In this document: positions 17,236 through 24,819 of the stretch, one piece after another
Layout of the letters: the number at the start of each line of letters is the position of its first letter
How positions within the stretch are numbered: the first letter of the stretch is position 1
Assembly: GCA_026396375.1 (NCBI GenBank)
Contig: JAPLWW010000045.1
Location: forward strand, 1 to 31,333
Origin: Candidatus Micrarchaeota archaeon
GTDB taxonomy: Archaea; Micrarchaeota; Micrarchaeia; Anstonellales; J096
Reading direction: 5' to 3'
DNA length: 31,333 nt
Notes under the pieces: generated by a model
The model's database searches: none
Seen by the model: the letters and a program-made list of their open reading frames with translations, nothing else
Told to the model about the DNA's origin: nothing
Translations under genes and position numbers: made by a program

Positions 17236-18798
17236 ATGACAAACGGAATGGGAAGGGATTCAAGGAAAGAGCTTGAAATCTACAAAAAGAAAAAATACAT
17301 CACCCAGGCAAAGATGATTGACATAAGCACTGGGAACAAAATAGTGGTTTTGAATGACAAGGAGGCGCTTGTCAACGACATTTTCGAGGGAGAAAGAGTG
17401 GAGATAGACATAAAGGGCAAAATCCACATCGTGCTTGTCAACCTTTCGCACAGCCTTGTCAAGGAGGGGGAGATAGGGATCTATGCAGACATTTCAAAGG
17501 ACTTTGGGATAGCAGAAGGGGACATAATAGAGGTCAGTCACATCCAGACCCCGCAAAGCCTTGAGACAATAATCAAGAAGATAAACGGCCAGCCGACTAA
17601 CAAGGACGAGATCCAGTCAGTCATCAGCGATCTCATGGCAAACAGGCTTTCTGAATCTGAGATATCGGCATGGATGACATCATCTTTCATAAGGGGCCTT
17701 AACGATGAGGAGATAGTTTCGCTTACTGAGGCAATGGTCGGCTCAGGCCAATTGCTGAACCTTGGGAAATCCCCTATCGTGGACAAGCACTGCGTTGGAG
17801 GAGTCTCTGGAAACAGGACAACCATGGTATTGGTTCCAATAATCGCCTCAGCAGGGATTTACATACCCAAATCATCCTCAAGGGCAATAACATCCCCTTC
17901 AGGGACAGCTGATACCATGGAGATACTTGCCCCTGTCAACATTGAGATGGACGAGCTCAGGGAACTTGTGAAAAAGACCTTTGGCGCAATTGTCTGGGGA
18001 GGCGGAATCAACATCGCGCCTGCTGATGACAAGATGATAAAATTAAGGAGGCCATTAAGATTGGATCCAAAAGGGATACTCCTGGCAAGCATCCTTGCAA
18101 AGAAGAAGGCAGTTGGCTCCCAATATGTCCTTATTGATATTCCTATTGGCATGAGCGCCAAGATAGGCGACATGGCTACTGCCCAGGACCTTGCAAAGGA
18201 CTTCAAGACAATCGGCCAAAAATTGGGAATGAACATCGGCTGTGTTGTTACAAACGGCTCTGAGCCGATAGGGAACGGAATGGGCCCTGTGCTGGAGGCA
18301 AAGGATGTCCTAAGCGTGCTTCATGGAGAAGGCCCAACCGACCTTAAGGAAAAGAGCTTATTGCTGGCCGGAAAGATCTTCGAGCTTTGCGGAAAAGTCG
18401 GGAAAGACGAGGGATATGACGTTGCCAAGCATTTCCTTGAGTCTGGAAAGGCGCTTGACAAGATGAAGGAGATAATCGCGGCCCAGGGCGGGAACCCCAA
18501 TGTAAAGATAGACGACCTTCCGACCGCAAAATACAGGTATTCCGTCAAGGCTATTGCAGACGGAAAAATAGAGCACATAGACAACAAGAGCATATCAAGG
18601 ATAGCAAGGGCGACAGGGGCTCCTATAGACAAGGCTGCGGGGGTTTACCTCTTCAAGTCCAAAGGAGACCTGGTGAAGGCAGGAGATATCATCTTTGACT
18701 TACATGCCGAATCGGAGGCAAACATCGATTTCGCGCTTAAGATGGCTGAGGAATTCAACCCCATAAACATGGGCAAGATGCTGATAGACGAGTTCTGA
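17236..18798 (+). CDS. deoA: AMP phosphorylase (archaeal thymidine phosphorylase family)
   Basis: N-terminal beta-barrel extension, then DKHCVGGVSGNRTT, IPKSSSRAITSPSGTADTME, VWGGG.N.APADD, ASILAKKKAVG, IGNGMGPVLEAKD, GAPIDKAAGVY. Confidence 0.93.
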   Translation: MTNGMGRDSRKELEIYKKKKYITQAKMIDISTGNKIVVLNDKEALVNDIFEGERVEIDIKGKIHIVLVNLSHSLVKEGEIGIYADISKDFGIAEGDIIEVSHIQTPQSLETIIKKINGQPTNKDEIQSVISDLMANRLSESEISAWMTSSFIRGLNDEEIVSLTEAMVGSGQLLNLGKSPIVDKHCVGGVSGNRTTMVLVPIIASAGIYIPKSSSRAITSPSGTADTMEILAPVNIEMDELRELVKKTFGAIVWGGGINIAPADDKMIKLRRPLRLDPKGILLASILAKKKAVGSQYVLIDIPIGMSAKIGDMATAQDLAKDFKTIGQKLGMNIGCVVTNGSEPIGNGMGPVLEAKDVLSVLHGEGPTDLKEKSLLLAGKIFELCGKVGKDEGYDVAKHFLESGKALDKMKEIIAAQGGNPNVKIDDLPTAKYRYSVKAIADGKIEHIDNKSISRIARATGAPIDKAAGVYLFKSKGDLVKAGDIIFDLHAESEANIDFALKMAEEFNPINMGKMLIDEF

Positions 18799-18886
18799 AT
18801 TTTCTTTTTTACATTTCAAAAACCACAACAATACAGTCATGTATAAAAACAGCTTATTTCCAATTGTTTACATGGCCGTAATTTCC

Positions 18887-19879
18887 ATGTTTGGAAAGTC
18901 TTCCTGGAAACAGTGCAGGATACTTCTTCCAGAGCCTGAAGACGAAAGGATCCTTCTGGCTTCAAGGATGGCAAAGGACAGGGGCTTCGCAGTTCCTATT
19001 CTTGTAGGAAATAAAAAATCAATAGAGAAAAGCGCAAAAAGTCTAAAGATAGATCTTTCAGACATTGAAATAATAGACACATCAAAAGGCATTGGCAAAA
19101 GATATGCCGATGAGTATTCTAAGATAAGGAAGGTTCCAAAGCAACTTGCAGAAAGGATGCTTGAAAACCCATTGTTTTTGTCTGCGCTTATCTTAAGGAT
19201 AGAGGAGGCAGATGCCATGATCGCAGGCGCGGTCTTCACCTCTGCCGATGTCATAACCGCTTCGGAAGGGATAATAGGGCTGAGGAAAGGTGTTTCAGTT
19301 CCATCCAGCTTTTTCATAATGGAAATACCGGGCTATCAAGGAGGCGAGAAATCCGGCAACAATGGCTTGCTGCTTTTTGCAGACTCCTCTGTAAACATTG
19401 ATCCAACTGCAGAACAACTTGCAGATGTTGCAATAACAACGGCAAACACCGCAAAGGAGCTGATGGGATGGATTCCAAGAGTAGCCTTGCTTTCATTTTC
19501 CACAAAAGGCAGCGCAATCCATCCAAAGGCAGACAAAATAATCAATGCTACAAAAATAGCAAACAAAAAGGCCCCCAACCTTTTCATAGATGGAGAATTA
19601 CAGGGGGATTCTGCGCTTGTTGAAAAGACCGCTATCAAGAAAATGAAAGGGAAGATTGGCAATGTCGCAGGCAGGGCCAATGTGCTGATATTCCCGGATC
19701 TGGATTCAGGCAACATCTCCTATAAATTAGTTCAAACACTGGCAGGCGCGAACGCATATGGTCCAATATTACAAGGATTCAACAAGCCAGTGAGCGACCT
19801 TTCAAGGGGCGCGAAGCCTGAAGACATAGTCGGGACAATTGCCATACTCAGCACATGGGCAAAGAGGATGAAAAGATGA
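18887..19879 (+). CDS. pta: Phosphate acetyltransferase (short Pta type); start uncertain (18839, 18872 or 18887)
   Basis: ILLPEPEDERIL, SSFFIM, FADSSVNIDPTAEQLA, PRVALLSFSTKGSA, DGELQGDSAL, ANVLIFPDLDSGNISYKL, YGPILQGFNKPVSDLSRG. Confidence 0.92.
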   Translation: MFGKSSWKQCRILLPEPEDERILLASRMAKDRGFAVPILVGNKKSIEKSAKSLKIDLSDIEIIDTSKGIGKRYADEYSKIRKVPKQLAERMLENPLFLSALILRIEEADAMIAGAVFTSADVITASEGIIGLRKGVSVPSSFFIMEIPGYQGGEKSGNNGLLLFADSSVNIDPTAEQLADVAITTANTAKELMGWIPRVALLSFSTKGSAIHPKADKIINATKIANKKAPNLFIDGELQGDSALVEKTAIKKMKGKIGNVAGRANVLIFPDLDSGNISYKLVQTLAGANAYGPILQGFNKPVSDLSRGAKPEDIVGTIAILSTWAKRMKR

Positions 19880-21063
19880 AAAAAATACTTATGCTCAACT
19901 GCGGAAGCTCATCAATAAAATACAGGCTTTTCGACTCTGCATTCAGGGAGATCCTCAGCGGAAAGGTTGAAAGGATAGGCGAAAAGGAGTCTGAGATTGT
20001 TCACAGCAAAGGCAGTAGGGTTTACAGGGCAAAGGTGAAATCCAATAACCACAAGGAGGCAATAGCATTGATGATAAGGATGCTCCATGACAAAGAATGG
20101 GGCGGCATACGCAATGTTGCAGAGATATCTGTAATAGGGCACCGCGCGGTCCATGGAGGGCAGATGGCAAAGACATCGCTTGTCTCAGGTGCGGCGCTGG
20201 ATTATTTGAAATCATTTGAGATGCTCGCGCCTCTCCATAATCCCCATAATATAGAGGGCATGAAGGAGATGAAGAAGGCAATGCCGAATGTGCCCCAGGT
20301 CATGATTTTTGACACAGCGTTCCACCAGACAATGCCAAGAAAGGCATACATGTACGGCTTGCCGTACAGTTTCTTTGACAAGTACGCAGTAAGGAGGTAC
20401 GGCTTCCATGGCACCTCGCATAAGTACGTTTCGCTGAGGGCCGCTGAAATGCTGAGAATGAAAAAGCCAAATCTCATAACATGCCATCTTGGCGCAGGCT
20501 CAAGCATAACCGCAATTAAGGACGGAAAATCAATTGACACAAGCATGGGCATGACTCCATTGGAGGGAGTGATGATGGGAACAAGGACAGGGGACATTGA
20601 CCCGTCCATAGTGCAATACTTGGTGAATAAATACGGCTTTGGCTATGATGATCTGTTTGACATCATGAACAACAAAAGCGGCTTGCTTGGCATATCAGGG
20701 ACAAGCAAGGACATCAGGATAATAGAGGGAAAGGCGAAAAAGGGCAACGAGAGGTGCGAGCTTGCGCTTGAGATGTTTTCTTATAGAGTATCAAAATACA
20801 TCGGCGCATATGCCGTTGCCTTAGGCAGGGTTGACGCGATAGTGTTCACTGCAGGAATAGGGGAGAATTCCCCAAGCATGAGGAAAAGGATATGCTCAAA
20901 CCTTGGCATAATCGGCGCAAGGCTTGATCCAAGGAAGAATACAAAAGCCATTGGCAAGGAAGCTGATGTAAGCGCAAAAGGATCAAAGATAAGGATCCTT
21001 GTTATACCTACGGATGAGGAGCTGATGATGGCAAAGGAGGCTGCTGCGGCAATAGGAAAATAG
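19876..21063 (+). CDS. ackA: Acetate kinase
   Basis: LNCGSSSIKY, GHRAVHGG, APLHNP, FDTAFHQT, RRYGFHGTSH, DTSMGMTPLEG, FTAGIGENS, IPTDEE. ATG overlaps the pta stop. Confidence 0.96.
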   Translation: MKKILMLNCGSSSIKYRLFDSAFREILSGKVERIGEKESEIVHSKGSRVYRAKVKSNNHKEAIALMIRMLHDKEWGGIRNVAEISVIGHRAVHGGQMAKTSLVSGAALDYLKSFEMLAPLHNPHNIEGMKEMKKAMPNVPQVMIFDTAFHQTMPRKAYMYGLPYSFFDKYAVRRYGFHGTSHKYVSLRAAEMLRMKKPNLITCHLGAGSSITAIKDGKSIDTSMGMTPLEGVMMGTRTGDIDPSIVQYLVNKYGFGYDDLFDIMNNKSGLLGISGTSKDIRIIEGKAKKGNERCELALEMFSYRVSKYIGAYAVALGRVDAIVFTAGIGENSPSMRKRICSNLGIIGARLDPRKNTKAIGKEADVSAKGSKIRILVIPTDEELMMAKEAAAAIGK

Positions 21064-21071
21064 TGATCAAA

Positions 21072-21446
21072 ATGGATGTGAAAGGCATAGGCATAGACAT
21101 TGTTGACATCAAAAAGCTGGAGAAGATACTGAAGGGAAAAGCAGGCAAGGCCTTTATCAAGAATACTTTCACAAATCATGAGATCGCATGCGCGAAAGGC
21201 GGGATAAATATCTACAAGCTTGCAACGTCCTTTGCTGCAAAGGAGGCAGTTTACAAGGCCTTTGGCACAGGATGGATCGAGGGAAAAGATGTTGAAGTAT
21301 TAAGGACAAAGGAAGAAGGCACTCCCAGCATAAGGCTTCATGGAGAAATAGAAAAGATGGCGAAAAAAAGGAAGATAAGAAAAGTGCTTGTAAGCTTATC
21401 ATTTACGGAAAGCAATGCAATCGCGATGGCGGTGCTTGTCTCATGA
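21072..21446 (+). CDS. acpS: Holo-[acyl-carrier-protein] synthase (AcpS-type 4'-phosphopantetheinyl transferase)
   Basis: KGIGIDIVDI...FT..E...FAAKEAVYKAFGTG...EV...GTP.I.L.G...VSLS.T...AIAMAVL. Alternative start is GTG 21063. Confidence 0.9.
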   Translation: MDVKGIGIDIVDIKKLEKILKGKAGKAFIKNTFTNHEIACAKGGINIYKLATSFAAKEAVYKAFGTGWIEGKDVEVLRTKEEGTPSIRLHGEIEKMAKKRKIRKVLVSLSFTESNAIAMAVLVS

Positions 21447-21475
21447 AATAAATACAAGACAAATAAAAAAGTAAA
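21447..21475 (-). terminator. T-rich tract between the convergent acpS and ACP genes
   Basis: The minus strand reads TTTACTTTTTTATTTGTCTTGTATTTATT right after the ACP stop, resembling archaeal oligo-T terminators. Confidence 0.35.
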
Positions 21476-21736
21476 TTAATTTTTTAATTTCCTGGCTTTC
21501 TTGTACATGTAGTTAATGGCTTCATTTATCGTTTTGTTCTGCCTTACGTCCCTCTGCGGAACCCTCAAGCCGAATTCCATCTCCAGGGCAGCCAAAAGCT
21601 CGACTATGTTCATGGACTTGGCATGGAGGTCGTCGACGAAACTCGTGCTTTCCTTGAGCTTCGTCTCCTTGACATTGAAGACATCTGCAACGACCTTCAT
21701 TACCTTTTTTGCCACTTCCTTGCGGTCTATCCTCAT
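21476..21736 (-). CDS. Acyl carrier protein (atypical: DDLHAKSMNIVEL)
   Basis: 86 aa with ACP layout: KV..VVADVF.V....L...TSFVDDL-x3-S41-M.IVELL.ALE.EFGL.VP......KTI.EAI.Y. Its ATG abuts the DUF35 stop. Confidence 0.88.
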   Translation of the reverse strand: MRIDRKEVAKKVMKVVADVFNVKETKLKESTSFVDDLHAKSMNIVELLAALEMEFGLRVPQRDVRQNKTINEAINYMYKKARKLKN

Positions 21737-22135
21737 TTACTTCTCCACCTTGAATATCACTATGTCCAAGTCTGCCATCCTCTTTATCTTGGCCTTTACT
21801 TTCATAGGCATCTTGGCATTCTGAGCCTCAAGCGCCTCGACATTGGAAACGTCAAGCCCCTCTATACAGGTGAAGAAGCACGGCCCCTCTTTGAGCTCCA
21901 CCGCCCCATAGGCATAGGGATGATATTTTGCGAACTTCATGGGCGGAAGGTTTCCGCTTGAGAAGAATTGCAGTTTTCCTTCCCCGCTTATCAGCTTCCA
22001 TTCCATATCGTGCGCTCCGCACTTCATGCACCCTGCCTTAGGGGGAAATGTGAAATGCCCGCACTTCCTGCATTTTACGCCATATATCTTTCCATTCGAA
22101 ACAGCTTTGTAGAATCTTGTCACCATGCTTTCCAT
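21737..22135 (-). CDS. Zn-ribbon + OB-fold protein (DUF35/ChsH2/PhlB family)
   Basis: GKIYGVKCRKCGHFTFPPKAGCMKCG...WKLISGEGKL...PYAYGAVELKEG. ATG 22135 follows a GGTGA RBS overlapping the thiolase stop. Confidence 0.92.
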   Translation of the reverse strand: MESMVTRFYKAVSNGKIYGVKCRKCGHFTFPPKAGCMKCGAHDMEWKLISGEGKLQFFSSGNLPPMKFAKYHPYAYGAVELKEGPCFFTCIEGLDVSNVEALEAQNAKMPMKVKAKIKRMADLDIVIFKVEK

Positions 22136-22140
22136 GTTTT

Positions 22141-23421
22141 TCACCTCTTCAATACTGTCACTGCGGAATGCATTCCGTATCCGTGGTTGTGTACAACCGA
22201 CACTTCAGGGGCATCCTTAATCTGCCTTCCCTTGGCTTCCCCCCTCATCTGCTTGACCGCTTCATAGAAGTCAGCGCCCGCAGATGCGGAAAATGCGTGC
22301 CCCTTTCCATGCTTCCCCCCTGATGTGTTCATCGGCTTGTCGCCGTCATACCTTGTCCTTCCCTCCATGACCGCCTTCCATGCCTCGCCTTTCTTGAAGT
22401 ATCCGCATATCTCGGATTCTATCAAGTGGTATATCTGCATGCAGTCATGCACGCTAAGGTAATCTATGTCCTTTGCGGTTATGCCTGCCATCTTCATTGC
22501 GGTTTCAAAGGTAGTATTGTCTATCGCCCAGTCAGTAGGATCTTTTCCATACCACGGGTAGTTGCTTGCGCTCCAGTGGAATCCCTCTATGCTTATGGGC
22601 TCCTTGTCGCAGAACTGCTTTGCTTGGCTTTCGGAGCTGATTATGTAGGCAGATGCCCCATCAACAGTATTAAGCACGCTCCTTGCCCTTGCCGGCCATG
22701 CCAGGAAGGGGTTCTTCCTGCTTGTCCAGAATTCCGCATCATCCTTGAATCCAGCCTTTTTCGCGTCCTGCTCAAAGGTGGTCTGCACGTATGCCTTCTT
22801 GTTCCTTGAGGCATGCAATTTCACTGTCCTATGTATCTCTCGCATTGCCTCATCCATCTTGCTCATCTTGATATGGTGCTTTTTCGCATATCCAAGCGTG
22901 GGCAATCCCCCATATGCAGTTGCCACATCATATGCATGATGATATCCATAGGCCTGGTCAACGCCGAAGTCAGTCCAGTACCACAGCGTGGTCGGGTCAG
23001 TCGGCTTCCTTATCGTGGGATTGTCAGTCGCTGCTGAGGACAGTATATCGCATCCTATGACCAGCACATTCCTGAATTTCCCTGATGCGATGCTCATTGC
23101 TGCAAGCCCTGCCCCAGTATTTGTAGTTGAGCAAGCTGTCGCAAAGTGAATGGCCGGCTTCAGGTGCAACCCAAGCCAGTCTGCCATCTGAGTATTGTGT
23201 GAATAAAGATGGGAGCTGTGGCTGAGCATGCTTCCAATGTAGAATGCGTCAATATCTTTAGGATCTATTCCCGAGTCATCCATCGCCTCAAAGGCGGCAG
23301 TGCAAACAAGCTCCTGGAAGCCAAGCCCCTTTATTTCAGGAGTAGTTAAAACGCTTCCGAATTTCGTACATCCAACTCCGGTTATCACCGGCTTTTCCTT
23401 CAGGTTTCCTACATATGCCAT
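22141..23421 (-). CDS. Thiolase-family protein (SCP2/archaeal/PhlC-like type)
   Basis: ITGVGCTKFG, catalytic ATAC97STT, DGASAYI, SVHDC, NTSGG..GKGH, VKQMRGEAKGRQI, HNHGYG. GGTGA RBS upstream. Confidence 0.92.
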   Translation of the reverse strand: MAYVGNLKEKPVITGVGCTKFGSVLTTPEIKGLGFQELVCTAAFEAMDDSGIDPKDIDAFYIGSMLSHSSHLYSHNTQMADWLGLHLKPAIHFATACSTTNTGAGLAAMSIASGKFRNVLVIGCDILSSAATDNPTIRKPTDPTTLWYWTDFGVDQAYGYHHAYDVATAYGGLPTLGYAKKHHIKMSKMDEAMREIHRTVKLHASRNKKAYVQTTFEQDAKKAGFKDDAEFWTSRKNPFLAWPARARSVLNTVDGASAYIISSESQAKQFCDKEPISIEGFHWSASNYPWYGKDPTDWAIDNTTFETAMKMAGITAKDIDYLSVHDCMQIYHLIESEICGYFKKGEAWKAVMEGRTRYDGDKPMNTSGGKHGKGHAFSASAGADFYEAVKQMRGEAKGRQIKDAPEVSVVHNHGYGMHSAVTVLKR

Positions 23422-23748
23422 TTCATCACCTTATTTCAATATTATGTTTTATTTGATATGATTAAATGATGATATCTAATATTCTTAGCTTTCTATTGTT
23501 TATATCTGTTTGCAATTTCTGCCAATAATCTGCATCATTTGCGACACAATAAAGCAATGAAAAACAGACAATGAAAGCATCTCTGGCAGCAGGGTCTAGT
23601 CTTGTTTTTATACCTGCTTTTTGGACTTTATTCATGGCTTATATTGACCTTCCATTGCATCCCGGCAAGGCTCCTCGCTGGCTTTTCCTGAGGATGGTTA
23701 AAAAATGAATTTCTAGAACGAGGCGCAAAAAATTCCGAGGCTGGCGCT

Positions 23749-24819
23749 TCATTGGGAATCCTTATGGGTATGCCTGGGGTTGCGCATGTAAGGCTCATCC
23801 CTTTTGGTAACCAAACCAGCTTCAAGAAGGGCCAGATATGAGCTGTTTCTGTAATGGTGCGAGATAAGGCCGCTGAGACTGTTGGAATAGAAATCCCTCT
23901 TTATCACGTCTCTAGGATTTTTCTTCAGCTTTTCAACGAGCCGTTTGATTGCCTCAATTCGGTTTTCCCTTGATTCAAAGAATCCATTAGGGGTTTTATG
24001 CATCTTCCAGGGCCTGAGCCTATATCCCGCTTCCTTCAATGCGAGGACCGCTTCTTTGCGGATATCGGCTCCCTGGCTCCATTTTGCATAGGTAAGCTTC
24101 GCCTTTCCCTCTTCAATCGGGATGTACCAGCCGTGCCGGATCCAGAAATCCGCCATTGAGGCTTGGCTGCCATTGCTGGAGGCATTGACAGGAACGATGC
24201 ATTTGAAATTATCACGGATGCGTGCGCGGTGGCGCAGGTAAGGCCTGCCCGCGCTTGCCACAAAACCGGCTTCAAGAAGGGCTTCGTAGGGACTGCTGCG
24301 GTAGTGCTGAAGCAAGCCGCTGAGGCGGTTTGAAATGAAATCTTTTTTTTCTATGTCCTGGGGATCTTTCTTCAGTCTTTCAACTAGCCAGCGGATCGCT
24401 GAAACGCGGTTGTCCTTTGATTCGTAGAAACCGCGGGGGGCCCAGGACATCTCCCATGGCTTGTGGTCATATCCTGCTTCCTTCAATGCGCCGTATGGGC
24501 TGTCTTCATAATGCCTCCCAAGAAGGCCGCCGAGGCGGTTCAAATGGAAATCGTACTTGTCGATATCCCTGGGATCCTTCCTGAGGACTTCCTCAACAAG
24601 GAAGCGGACCGCCGCAATGCGCGCTTCAGGATCTCCTTTCCATTTTCCAGTCCTGAGTTTCTTGCTACCGTCCTTCATCTTCCTGTACCAGCCCTGCCCT
24701 ATCCAGAAATCATCCATCGTGGCTTTTTTTGTTTTAGGTGAGGATTCAACCAATGGTTCCCTTGCCTTGGCATTCTGCTTCATTAGGGTTTGGCCAGGCC
24801 TGGACGCAAGGAGATTCAT
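23749..24819 (-). CDS. Repeat protein with ~70-aa units (DUF4046-like), two modules
   Basis: Two M(D/A)DFWIxxGWY headers, each followed by NR..A(I/V)R.LVE..KKDP.D....DF..NRL.GLL..HY..SPY.AL.EAG units. The ATG overlaps the upstream paralog's stop. Confidence 0.75.
   Translation of the reverse strand: MNLLASRPGQTLMKQNAKAREPLVESSPKTKKATMDDFWIGQGWYRKMKDGSKKLRTGKWKGDPEARIAAVRFLVEEVLRKDPRDIDKYDFHLNRLGGLLGRHYEDSPYGALKEAGYDHKPWEMSWAPRGFYESKDNRVSAIRWLVERLKKDPQDIEKKDFISNRLSGLLQHYRSSPYEALLEAGFVASAGRPYLRHRARIRDNFKCIVPVNASSNGSQASMADFWIRHGWYIPIEEGKAKLTYAKWSQGADIRKEAVLALKEAGYRLRPWKMHKTPNGFFESRENRIEAIKRLVEKLKKNPRDVIKRDFYSNSLSGLISHHYRNSSYLALLEAGLVTKRDEPYMRNPRHTHKDSQ

Noticed and set aside
21737-23421. Standard mevalonate-pathway thiolase/HMG-CoA synthase/DUF35 locus
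   Set aside because: No HMG-CoA synthase is adjacent, and the third coupled gene is an ACP. It cannot be excluded that HMGS lies elsewhere in the genome.
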